64,000 nucleotides of DNA from Sphaerodactylus townsendi (taxonomy: Eukaryota). The position numbers and the translations under genes were made by a program. The stretch is from positions 21,762,001 to 21,826,000 of the forward strand of contig NC_059437.1 of NCBI RefSeq assembly GCF_021028975.2. The letters run 5' to 3'. Shown piece after piece: positions 1 through 12,260 of this stretch. The notes under the pieces were generated by a model. It was not told where the DNA came from and made no database searches. It was given only the letters and a program-made list of their open reading frames with translations. The stretch's first letter is position 1. Each line of letters opens with the position of its first letter.

Positions 1-1671
1 AAACCTCAGTTTAATATTGTTTCATCTCTCAACAGTGCTAATACCATGCAACTGCCCGTATTTTAACATCCTCTTATAGAGCTGTCCCATCCTCAATATT
101 CCAGCTGTTATTTTACACTTTGGCTCCAGCTGCCAGAATTTGTGTGAAGCTAGTTTTCTGAGCTCAGACTCACAGCACCCGTTTACACACTGCAGCATGA
201 GTAAACAGAGTGTGCATTTCTAGGTCTCTTCCACAGTTACCTCCTCTCACCTCCACCCACAAAAGTTTTCCTGAGATGAAATAGACAAGATGGGTGAAGG
301 CAGAAAAATCTTGGCAGCGGCAGCTGTTAAACCTATTTCTCTCCATGTCCTCTTTCATCCCACATTAGAAGCCAAACCCTGGCCCAGTTCCCTATATCTG
401 CCAGCACCTGCCAAATGATTTTTTAAAAATCTGCTTGTTTTCTTTTTACCAAGTCCATCAGATATCATCTCCTGAGAGATGCCCAGCGACTAGTATTTTT
501 GAAAGGAGTAAGTAATTGGCCAACACAACAGAGGATGAACTTAAAAATAACCTATATCGTTCCTCAGAATATAATGGGGTTTCTGTCTACTGATAAACTC
601 CTTTCACCTCACAATAAAAGCTGTTGGCCCCACAAGACAGACTCACTTATTATTCCCCATTGTAGAATAAGAGGGGTAGGTGCACCAGTATTAAGAAAAA
701 CCAAGCAAATCTGAACTAATAAGGCTGAAAGTACCAAAGTACTGTATATTAAACATTCATAAAAATATGATTTTTCAATTACTTTCAACACAGCATATAT
801 ACAATAACTTTTTCCTTATTACTTAAATCAGATTAAAAAATCTAGCATGAAGCGTTGTAGCTGCAGAGATGCAACCAATGTAATATAGCCAAATAGGCTC
901 AAGCTGCAGCCATGCAAAAACACTTAAAGAGACCACGCTCCTATATTGAGCATGATGTAGTGGTTTGTAATGGATTTACAACACCCCAAATCCCTTTCTT
1001 CTGTTGACTTTGATGAGCTGGTATGGATGTAGAGACAGCAACCACTCTGATAATGGAGGCAGGGAATACTCGGAATCCTCCCCCGATGGCTCTCCACCAA
1101 TCTTGAGGAGGAAGACTGTTGTCAGTTGTTGTCAGTTGCTCTGGCTGAAGGGTTTCTGATAGATTGGGAAAAGATCATGGGGTTTAGTATAGCAGGGTTA
1201 GTGAATAATCTACTGTGTTGTGTTGTGTTCTCTTGTGTTTTGGTTGCATTTATATCAGTTCTGCCAGAGGAGGGAATATATTTCAAAGTTCCCAAACTGA
1301 ATGTCTGTCTGAATAAAACCTGCCTGTTTTGGTTACCCTTTCTTAATGTTAACACTGGTGTGGAGTGTGGTCCTTTAACTTTCTCAAGCTATCCACTATC
1401 TTGGCTACGTGGATATAAAAAGGAGAGTGGGGTTTCTTTCTTTCCTACTTGGGAAGAGGGCTTTCTCAGCCATAAGACGACCATTCCCTCTTCTTGATCC
1501 AGAAGTGTGCAAGACCACTTCTGGGAAAGAAAAATAGGGTCTTGCTAATGGCAGCTATCTGTACCAAAGGAATCAAGGGTGGGCTAGTGAAGTTTAGCCA
1601 TCCTTGAGGGAAAACAGGTCCATTGCAAGGGAAAGTTACCTTTCCCTCCCATGAGCTGATTGCTACTCCCA

Positions 1672-1914
1672 GGTCACCACATAGTTAAGAGTGATGGACT
1701 CTAATCTGGAAAACCAGGTTTAATTCCCCACTCCTACAAATGAAACCAGCTGGGTGACCTTGGGCTAGTCACAGTTTTCTCAAACCCTCTCAGCCCCACC
1801 TACCTCACAAGGTGTCTTTCTCAGAAAGGGCAAAGGGAAGGAGTTTGAAAGCTGCTTTCAGACTCCTTATGGTTGAGAAAAGTGGGGCATAAATCCAATT
1901 TTTCTTCTTCTTCT
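1672..1914 (+). mobile_element. tRNA-derived SINE (Squam3/MIR-like, CTT tail)
   Basis: tRNA-like head (GGTTTAATTCCC box B), body GGGTGACCTTGGGCTAGTCACAG...CTCAGCCCCACCTACCTCACA, (CTT)n tail; many copies in the window. Confidence 0.85.
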
Positions 1915-2993
1915 AGATCCCAGTGTGACAAATTCATTAATTTTAAGTGAGGTAGATCCCCAAAATCCACAACACAACAGGGGAAGGAAAGAGAGAAGAC
2001 AGCAAAATTCCTTTCACAAAGGAAGTGGGATAAATGAGGCGCAATATCCATCTGCCTGTCAACCAAGACAAAACCAAAATAAACTGTTTGTTAGCTCAGA
2101 ATCACTTCCAAAGTATCCAGAGGAAGGAAAAAGAAGAATGTTTAGAATAGAATCACTTTGTGAATTATTTTTCAAAATGTATTTGCTGAAGACAGGGCCC
2201 AGTCATTTTTTCTGAGGAAAAAGGGTACTCCCTAAGAACAGTTTTCTGCCTTAGATGCAACCACCCTATACTATTAAGAGCTACATAAATGACAAACATC
2301 ACTTGCATGGATTACCACATAGAATAATTAACATAAATACAACCCAGGCAATACAATGTTCCATGCTTGGGGTGAGCTTTCAGTAGCCCTGTACTGTTTC
2401 CCTGGTAACTGATCATGCAGACCAGGAAAGTGGGCATGAGCCCACACCCCTGCCTCCTTGAGTCTGCCTCCTTGAGCTGTCCTTTGCCTGAAGGTGGTGG
2501 AGATACCTCCATCCCCAGGCTCCAAGCTCCACCAGGAGTGGTCTGGGGCTCTCATATCTTTGAAACATCTCCCCATATTGCCCATGGGGGATGCTCCAGT
2601 CCTCCAATCGTAACCTGCTGGTGGTCCCTGGCTCAAAGGATATCCAACTGGACTCAACCAGAGCCAAAGCTTTTTTGGCCCTAGCTACAGGCTGGTGAAC
2701 TCTGTCAGGATCCTGTGGGGTTTCAATTAGTTCTGCAGGGCCTGCAAGACAGAGTTGTTTCACCAGGCTTTTGGCTGAGGCCATTCTGTGAACCTGTGAC
2801 ATTTAATCTGAAATAGCCAGCTTCCCATATCACTATCATAAATAACATCTGTGTTTTTCCCTCTGGTGCATTCACACACACACACATACTTTCCCCCCTC
2901 AATAAATAAACAGAGAGGGGGTAGACATATATTTAGAGTTAGGTTTATTAATTGGTTGCCATCTAGAAATGAATTATGTTTAAAATATTATAT

Positions 2994-3291
2994 AAGAAGA
3001 AGAGTTGGATTTATATCCTCCCTTTCTCTCCTGTAAAGAGACTCAAAGGGACTTTCAAACTCCTTTCCCTTCCCCTCTCACAGCAAACACCCTGTGAGGT
3101 AGGTGGAGCTTAGAGAGCTCCAAAGAGCTGTGACTAGTCCAAGGTCACCCAGTTGCCATATGTTAGAGTGCAAAAGCTAATCTAGTTCGCCAGATAAGCC
3201 TCCACAGCTCAAGTGGCAGAGCGGGGAATCAAACCTTGTTCTCCAAATTAAAGTGCACCTACTCTTAACCTCTACACCACACTGGCTCTCC
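2994..3291 (-). mobile_element. tRNA-derived SINE (Squam3-like, long form)
   Basis: Reverse complement of the same family, with an (AAG)n tail on the plus strand. Confidence 0.88.
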
Positions 3292-4115
3292 AGATTTTAG
3301 AACTGATTTTAGAACTGATTTATGTAATTATGTTTGATATTTTAGTCTTTTTAACCTTGGTTGTAAGCCACGCTGAGCCCAACTCTGGTTATGAATTGGA
3401 CAGGATATAAATTTAATAAATTTAAACAAAACTTGCAATATGGAAGTGATCAGCTTCAGTTCTAGTTCTCTATTCCAGTCATAGTAAATAAGCACCCCTC
3501 TTAATAAATTATATATACTCTAGAAAGCTGTCTGTGAAAAAAAAACATAATGTAAGCCGGATGTTGGTTTGAATACATACATATATATGCATATGATATT
3601 TTGTGATGAGTATTCTGATTTAGAGCAACAGATTGCAATGATAAAGGCAAAGGAGCAGCAGTCAAACAAGCCATCTGCTGAGTTCCCTGGAGAATTCAAC
3701 TCTAGAAGAAATAGGTAACTGAATAGACTTGAAAATGGATACACACGCCATTAGCTAAGCAACAGCATGAACGTTGGGGGGTTACTATCAACAAAAAACA
3801 GCCACAGCAAAAAGAGGGGAAAAATCCATCGGAATTCACGAAGGCACAGAGAAAATGACCTCAGGCTTCAAACTACAGCAGTTGTGCATGGAGGTATGAA
3901 TTAGGATAGTAGTTATAGTGCTGGATTAGGAACTGGGTTCAAATCCTCACCCATCATACAAGTCATTGGGTGACCATGCGGCAGTCATTCTCTTCCAACC
4001 TCACCTATCTTACAGAATTGTCATGACATTGGGAAGGGAGCACATGCATTACCCTGAGCTTCCTGGACAGATAACAATACATGATAAATATAAAGACATA
4101 ATGACAAACAATAGG

Positions 4116-4162
4116 GTGTGTGTGTGTGTGAGTGAGAGAGAGAGACAGAGAGAGAGAGAGAT
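4116..4162. repeat. (TG)n(AG)n microsatellite
   Basis: Directly visible. Confidence 0.9.
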
Positions 4163-6329
4163 ATCTATCTATAAACCTGACGTTCTTGGACTCAGATGTT
4201 CTCTTCCTCTTTCTGTTGCATGCTGTGCACAGATCAATGACTTCCCCATTTAGGAAGACTTCTCCCTAATAACAATTTATTCGATAACCAAATTTGTTCT
4301 GGAAAATTAGTGTTTGTTTTCTGGCCACAAACAAACATTGCAAACTTCAGTTTAGTCCTAGTTTAGAAGCCAGGTCTGGGAGGAGGAAACAAAGCAAAAC
4401 TTATTAGCGCCTAATTTGCATGACACAACAAATCAAGGGTGGTCAAAGACTTCTTAAACTGAGAGGTTTTCAGGTCAGGCTCCACAGATTGATGGGGGTG
4501 GGGAGGGTAACATACTCAGGGGTTCGGACTCATTTATATCAAATACAAATGATGGATCAAAGATGAACTGTGGTTTGTTTGTGACATTGTCATACATATA
4601 ATCAGATTATTCACCAAGCAACAACTTCTTTTATTTTCTTTACCAGGACTACAAAAGGCAACAAGATGATCAAGGTGTCAAACGCCTTCCGGTAGTGGAA
4701 GAGGCTCCTGCATTTGGGAATTTATAGTTTACAGGGGAAAAGATGACTCAACTGAGTAAAGAGATCATGAGCAGGATTCTGTGAAAGTGACCAGACTGAA
4801 TGCCTGGTGGCAAGAACCAGCAAGGAAAGGAAGTAGTGGAAGGGTAACACAAAACATGATAGGACAGTTTGAGTAGCTGCCAAGTACCTGTAGCTCGTGA
4901 AAAGGACTTTATACAACTCTTGAATAATTTGTCCATCAGGGGACCACCATTGGACTGGTTTGAGTCAAGCTATGTGAAGCACTAATATCCAAATCTCTGC
5001 AAGACCAAACTTGCTACAGTAAGCTCTAGAAACAACCTGAGGTATTATATATGCAATCCGCTGCTCTAACCCTTTCCTTCCATTAATCTCTGGCCTTTCT
5101 CTGTGTTTTAGTGACCCTCTGTTAATCCTGAAATTTCCCTGTACATTCTGAAACCCTTTTTTTTAAAGTAGTGCAGAGGGTTATCAAGATTTCAGAAGAG
5201 TAACTAAGGGCAAAGAGGCATTTCTATGGAACGTGTTAAAGATTTAACTCTTGGTTATACCGATTAAAGGATTAAATTGCTCCCAAAGAGAATTTTTAAA
5301 AGCATCTATTGGGCTTACTTTTTAATATTTTCTCAGAACAACTTTAGTGAACAACAACGTATCTGTATTTTCCTTTTTTAAGGCAAAGTAATTGCCAACT
5401 TTAATATGCCATTTAATTGTTTGCAACAAAAGGAGGCAGAAGCAGTGAGCCAGCAAAATGGTAATTGCATGTGTTGAAAAACCAGGAAGGGAGAGGGACA
5501 ATATTTCCCTGCCCTTCTCTTTGTGGCACCTCTGAACTTTACAGCAGGCTATCAGAGGGATATTGTGGCTTCTGAGTGTCCTGTGTCTATAAGGACCACC
5601 TATCTGGAATCACTACTAAGTCCTTAAAAAATCCCAGTGCATCCATACTTTACATGTCAAAATAGGTTGCCCGAGAACTGCTGCCCTTCAAATTTTGCCT
5701 TCTAATCATGCCAGCTTGTATTTCGTGCCAATGCTGATCAATAGTGAAAGGGATAATGAAGCTCCTTCTTTTCAGCATGAATGTTGGAGGTTCACCCTTT
5801 TCTTTGTGGTTCTGCCTCCATGGCTCCAGGGACACAGATAGATCTCAGCTTGTACTATGAAGCTTTTCTTAGCAACCAACAAGGCTGAATCTGTTCTAAA
5901 AAGAAAGCTTTGATTACATTTTTTAAAGAAAATAAGCACCAACATTTAAATCCTTGGGAATTTCCCCAGCTTTCAGATATTGGCCTATCTTTTTGCACCA
6001 TCAACATTTCAGGGTTACATTTGGTTGCTTATTGGTAGTCTTTGTTCGTAGTTAATAGCACACACAACATCATCCTTACTGACAGTATGGATATTAAAAG
6101 TGACTCAATTGCAGAATACCATTCTAAAAATTTAAGCCAGAAACTCTGTTAAATAAATTTTGAGGGAAGCAGCAGGTTAGCAGCTGCAGCTAGAAGCTCA
6201 TTTTAACACTGCTGAAACAAAACAGTTCCTGGTAAGTGCAAAGGGCCAAATTAGACATGATAGAGAGCACAGCAAGATGCAAAACATTGACCCAGGACTG
6301 TACCTCTAGCCAAGCAACCCCAGCAGCTG

Positions 6330-6770
6330 CTTGGGGGAACCACAACAGGGAGTCAGCGCTGACACTCAACTGTGGCTTCCACAGGACGCCCCTGTGTTGC
6401 GTGCCATTCCATCATTGGCACGCCAACTATAACATCTAATCTACACTGCTGCCCCGCCCGGCCTTGGGATCGGGCACCATATTTCTATAATCCTGTTGTA
6501 CTGTATTGTACTGTATTGATGCTGCTTGGTTTTAGGAATTTTGTACATTGTTTTTAACTTAATTTCATTTATTTTATTGTGTGTAATGTTGTTTTTGGCC
6601 TATCGTGTGTAATACTGTTTTTGGCCTGGTGTACACCGCCCAGAGCCCTTTGGGGGTGGGCGGTTCAAAAATTAAATGAATGAATGAATGAATGAATAAA
6701 TGAATGAATGAATAAATGAATAAATCATACATACATACATACACACATACATACATACCTACCTACCTGC
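6330..6770 (+). mobile_element. L2-like 3' end with compound (TGAA)(TACA)(TACC) microsatellite tail
   Basis: GTACACCGCCCAGAGCCCTTTGGGGGTGGGCGG...AAATTAAATGAATGAATG terminus. Confidence 0.65.
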
Positions 6771-6902
6771 ATAGGTATTTTTTTACTGACCTCATTTATA
6801 GTCCATTTTTCTTATTAAAACCCAAGGCAGACCTTACTGAAAGAGGGATGGGAGATCACTTCTTTTAAAATAACAAAAGGAGAAGTGCACATGAGAATTC
6901 CC

Positions 6903-7107
6903 TGACCAGGATGGCCTAGGCAAGCCTGACATCATCAGATCTTGGAAGCTAAGTAGAATCTACCTTGGTTTATATTTGGAAGGGGGACAGGCAGGGAAGT
7001 ATAGGGTTGCTATACAGAGGCAGACAATAGCAAATCCCCTCTGCCTTGAAAACACTATGAGGTCACCCTAGGTCGCCTGTGACTTGAAAGCACTGTCCAC
7101 CACCACA
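6903..7107 (+). mobile_element. 5S rRNA-derived SINE (5S-Sauria-like)
   Basis: Degenerate 5S head (GATCTTGGAAGCTAAG...) followed by the GCCTTGAAAAC...GACTTGA tail. Confidence 0.75.
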
Positions 7108-7614
7108 CAGGAAAAGGCTGCTGAACCCTTCCTCCTTCAGATCCTTGTTCCCCCACTACTGCCTCCTTTTCCTTTTTTCTCTATACTATGAGCCACAAGC
7201 AAGGAGTATTCACAGAAGAAGGGCTGAGTATTCCCCATTTCATTTCCTGCTAAATTATGCTGTGACAAAAATGCCTTTAACATCCTGCATGCTGCATTAC
7301 AATGATTTGGGATGCTCACAGAGGTCATTCTTTTTTGTACCTGCAAAAGCGAGCTACACAAACATGGGAAAAATAAATACAAAATTGAACTGTAAAAACA
7401 GGAGTGGTGTAAGATACTGAGCACATTTTGGCCCTGTGTATAATAATGAATGTGTATAAAACAGGCTGTAATGAAGTATAATATCATATTATGCTGAAAT
7501 GTGTGGGGTAGAAGTGAAGGCATGGCCTTGTTAAGCAGGGTTGGTACTTAGATGGGAGACCACCAAAGAAGACTCTGAAGAGGAAAGCAATGGCAAACTA
7601 TCTCTGCTTCTCAC

Positions 7615-7857
7615 TTGCATGAAGAAATGTTTCCTTTTATTAGTCCTAATTCTTTCCCCCAGCATTTTCAATGTATGCCCCCTGGTTTTAGTATTGTGAG
7701 AAAGACAGAAAAAATTCTCTCTGTCAACATTCTCTACCCCATGCATAATTTTATAGACTTCAATCATATCCCTCCTCAGACGTCTCCTCTCCAAACTAAA
7801 GAGTCCCAAATGCTGCAGCCTCTCCTTATAAGGAAGGTGCTCCAATCCCTCAATCGT
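7615..7857 (-). mobile_element. CR1 LINE ORF2 C-terminal fragment
   Basis: GLEHLPYKERLQHLGLFSLERRRLRRDMIEVYKIMHG...TRGH...RKHFF is the CR1 ORF2 C-terminal signature. Confidence 0.92.
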
Positions 7858-9209
7858 TGATTTGCATAAACAAATTAGCCTTATGATTATTTCATGGCAT
7901 TCAAAAATAACAAGTGGTGAGTTGCATGTTACAGGGCAGCCATATTTAATGAGGCTTGAACCTCTCCTCCCCTGCAAAATACCTTTTACTGGGTAGAGGA
8001 TGATTTGCATCGAAAAATGGGGTGACTCAATGAGTTTCTCTGCACATTCCTTTCCCTCTGAAATTAACCCATCTAGTTGCTTACAGTTCTACAATATTCC
8101 AAACTTACGTTTTTCAAGTAAACACATTACTCCAAATAAATGTAATGTGATAAAAGCTGTAAGATTGCAGTACATCCTTTCTTCATAACACCCTGCACCG
8201 AAGTCATGCTCCACAAGAAGAAAAATTAAGCAGTTCATACCCTTTTGACAGTAATGGTGCATTAGGCACAATGGGGCTATGCAAACACTATTTGCCTGCT
8301 GCTGGATTCTTTGAATGCAATTCAAAAAATACAAGTGTTTGGTTTAACCACTTCTGTCCCTCACAGGTTGCCGTCAACAAGGAGTCCAAGCAGCAGGCCT
8401 TCAGAAATGAACGTCGGGCAGCACAATCTTCTAGATGAGAGTCCTTTTCAGTGACTTTCCAAAACAATTGCTTACTTTAAGACACAGGCACCCAGCTTGT
8501 GGCACAGACAGACAAAAATTGTGACACGCTTTCCCTGTGGGCCTCATTATGGCATGAAGTTTATATTCCTGCCTTCTTCCGTCTGCCTGGCTGCTCGATA
8601 CTAGGGAGTCTAAACTGGGGAGCAAGAACAAGGCTCTCTACTCTCTGCACTTCCGCGGCAGCTTGCCAGAAGAAGAAACTTCTTGTCTGCGCTCTGCTGT
8701 ACCTCCATACTGCCATCACTGCAAGTGGTCAGAGGATGGTATTGCAGTTGTTCACCGCCCTGAGCCCAGCTTGTCAAGATAGGGTGCGATATGAATTTGA
8801 AATAAAGGAAACAAAAAGCTAACAGCTCGAGAAGAGAAGAGTGATACACTGGGCCAGCAGAGTTCCACTAAGCTGAAAACATCATTCCTAATATGATCCA
8901 TCTTTGCCTCTTGGTTCATCTCCAGAACACCAAAACCCAACAAAACTGCACCCCGGGTCAGCAGATTAGAGAAAAGATACCAGGGAGATGGGGGAGATGT
9001 TTAGACATCATTGTATACCTCAGAAAAGCATCCTTTTATTCTGTTATTTTCACATTTCCAGAGAGGTCACCTACTAAAAATATTCTGCAGACCCCTGCTT
9101 AAAGCAATATGGACACATGAAGTTGCCTTGTGCCAGTAAATACCCTTTGTCTATCAAGGTCAGTAGTGCCTATTCGGACTTGTAGCTATTCTCTACGGTC
9201 TTATCTGTT

Positions 9210-9435
9210 GTGTGGGTGTGTGCCATCAAATCACAGCTGATTTATGGCAACCTCATAAGACTTTCAAGGCAAGAGATGGTCAAAGGTTATTTGTCATTGC
9301 CTGCCTCGGCATGGGTTGAGAGAACTGTGACTGGCTCAAGGTCACCCAGAAGGCTTCACGTGAAGCAGTGAGGAATCAAGCCCAGTTCTCCAAATTAGAG
9401 TCCGCCGCCCTTAACCACTACACCACGCTGACTCT
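9210..9435 (-). mobile_element. Chimeric SINE: Squam3-like head/body plus RTE/BovB-type tail
   Basis: Same composite structure as 58478-58706; nested in an older SINE (9112-9200 and 9440-9515). Confidence 0.7.
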
Positions 9436-11059
9436 GTCCTCTGTTAACTAGTCCTTTTATCTGGAGAGGGTGGGGACTGAACTGACAACTTCAGCAGGCA
9501 AAGCAGATGCTAAGCCATCAAAACAGCTCGTTTCAGTTGTGTAGTTTTACAGCGTCGCATTTGGGAGACTCACAAAAAGAAAAGAACTAGAAGGCCATAT
9601 TCCTTTTAGCTTCTTCCAGTATATGGATGCAATTGATCTTAATTGATCTTGACACATTTGGTGGGGGGAAAGCAGCACAAAAAAAGATCAGTTTCTAAAA
9701 TAAGATCCACCAGGGCTGGCTTGGAAGTCCTTTCATTTAAGCCCCTTGGGCATCCAAGAACTGGTTTTGATGTCTTAATTTTTAGAGAAAGCCTTTGCAC
9801 ACTATTCACTGGTGACATGAGACTCAAGCACTTGTGGCTGTCACGCACACATTCTCCTACATTTTATCCCCAATTCTGTGTGTAGGGGCAGTCTTAGGGA
9901 TTCTGGACCTAGGGGAAAAGTCTTGGATGGAGCCCCAGAATCACTATCGACACCTTCAAGCACCCCAGAAAGGTCAGGTGCAAGTGGCAGCAGGAGTCTA
10001 CACTTCTTTTTCCATCTCATCTTTTGGTGAGTGAGGTCATGAGTTTTTGGATGCCCAAGTAAGGGCCCAAAGCAAGGACCACCCCTTGGTGTTCCTCCTA
10101 CACAAAATTTTAGATTGTAAACTGCTCCAGTCAGAGACCTTTCACTCTCTGGAAAGCACCATGTACACTGAACATTGTATGACTATCATCAGGGAAAGCA
10201 TTCTGCATGCCCTCAGAAATACTTTTTTTATTGTTTCTTTCTTTCTATCATGGCACAGCCTTGGATGAGCCAACGTTCAGATTAAGCTCTGGTTGAAAGA
10301 TTAAAGAGCTAAAGGAAGATCAGAAGCCTCTCTGCCATTGACTATGCTACAGCTTTAAAAAGTGCTTTTTATGCTAATAAAAATTGATGGGAGAAGTAAG
10401 CACCAGTGAGTGCTGGGAAGCAAATCACCTGAAAGAGTGCTTTAGATTCTTGGACTTGCTCAGGCATTGGTCACTGAATTCTGCAGCCACTTTAAATCTG
10501 CTGTCACCATAGACACCCAAGTTCAGAAGTTCAAAAACAGAAGAATGCTAATTAGTTTTCACTCAGCTGTGGCTAGACAGCCTGCGCTTTTCCTGACACC
10601 AGCCTTGCCCTGGAATCTGAACTCTGTGCCACCAACTGTGAAGCATCAGAACAACAACTTCTTAAAATATTCATTAAAGTATATCCAAGAAAACATCAAA
10701 GGGAGCGGGATTTGAACTGGAGCCTGCTTGGTGGATCCTTCCTTTGTAGTGAACTGGACTGCAGCATACCAAGGATGCTCCAAACTTTTTTGCCCATAAA
10801 GTGAAACTATGATCCCTTCACACCAAAGTTTATACACAGCACATGGCTAGTTTTGTTGTTTTTTTCCCCCCAGTGACAGCAAGGTAAAGTTGGTGCTGTG
10901 GGTGCCCAAACCCTTTTGCCTAAGGAGAAGGTCATCCGAGGAATATGGAAAGGGTCGCTCTGCTTTCTGTGAGTCAACAGGGCAACCCACCTTCGTGCCT
11001 ATGGGACAATGATTAAAAAGGAAATTTGCATATCAACATCTCAACAAGTCAGAGGAAAG

Positions 11060-11232
11060 AGGATACAGCTTTCCATCCTTCAAGGATTGTACATGAGTAC
11101 CCAGCTTGCTGAGGGTAAAGTGCAGGTGACAATAGCAAACCACCCCATAAACAAAGTCTGCCTAGCAAATGTCAAGACGTGACCTTATCCAGTGGGTCAG
11201 TAATGACCAGGTGCTTGCACAAGGGACAACCA
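11060..11232 (+). mobile_element. Sauria SINE (Squam1) 3' fragment
   Basis: TTCCATCCTTC...ATGAGTACCCAGCTTGCTG...GCAAACCACCCC...GTGCTTGCACAAGGGAC. Confidence 0.65.
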
Positions 11233-11977
11233 GAGGAAAGAGGACCCATCCATATTCCACCAGCTAAGAAGAAGAATACAAGTGAGCAGAATTACGATGT
11301 GACATTTGCAGAGGTTTCCTCTCCCCTGTTGGGTGCACATTGCAATTATGTGCACTTTGAGAAAAGCAAATATCCCGCGGTGGCTGATCGCAGGGACACT
11401 TCCTCAATTCCCTAATTACCTTCATATAAAATTCTTCCAAGAATGACCTAATCTGAATGGTAACAAAAATGTCAGCGCCGAAGCCTACGTTAACACTGTC
11501 TGATGTTTCAAATGTGTGAAAGAGGCTGGCAGAGGTGCTGCTCTGTTGACATTAAGCAAAGCTAATTAGATACCTGGAAGCTTGCAATTTCAAAATAAAT
11601 CCAATCAATGTGTCAAAATGGAAAGTAGCAGAAGGGAAGTCATGTTGTCCCAGTCCTCTAGTTATTGCAATTCATTGTCCAGTTTTCGACCTTTGGTTTA
11701 CAGTGGTTCTTTGCCGGATCAGGGCCAACCAAATGCCTGGAATGCAATGCAAAGCAGCAGCTGCAGGTTCAACACAGACAGCGCTATGTCAACTTGAATC
11801 CAATGAAACCAACAAGTATTAAAACTCTAATTCAAACAAAAAATGTAACTGCTGGACTGTGCAAATAAACTATCCATGGACATTATGCATTCAACCATCT
11901 TTTCTTTCCTCTCTGTAAGAATGCGGACACTATGTAAAAAAAATGTACTCATTGCTCCATACAGCTCAACATTTTAT

Positions 11978-12260
11978 TAATAGTAGAACCCAGGGGTGTC
12001 CAGTGAGGTTGATGGGCAGCAGATTCAACAGAGACAAAAGGAAGGACTTCTTAACACAGATTTTGCAATTCACTACCAGACAGTGTAGATATGGCTACAA
12101 GAATCGGCTGCTTCAAAAGGCCATTAGACACATTTTGGAGAATGGGTCCATCAGCGGCTATGAGTGACTAAAAGGAGCCTCCATAGTCAGCCATTATGCC
12201 TCTGAATACCAGTAACCAGGAAGCAACAACAGGGCCCCCTTTGCCCTGTTTGGTTGCCCA
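11978..12260 (+). mobile_element. CR1 3' end fragment (degenerate)
   Basis: AGAACCCAGGGG...GGCAGCAGATTCA...GACAAAAGGAAGGACTTCTT...TTAGACAC...GGTCCATCAGCGGCTA. Confidence 0.65.

Noticed and set aside
8431-8950. Overlapping ORFs plus a minus-strand AAA|GTAAG donor near 8475, suggesting an alternative GRIA3 exon
   Set aside because: No similarity to GluA3 or any protein I recognise, no clear acceptor, and 8748-8810 is an L2-type tail.
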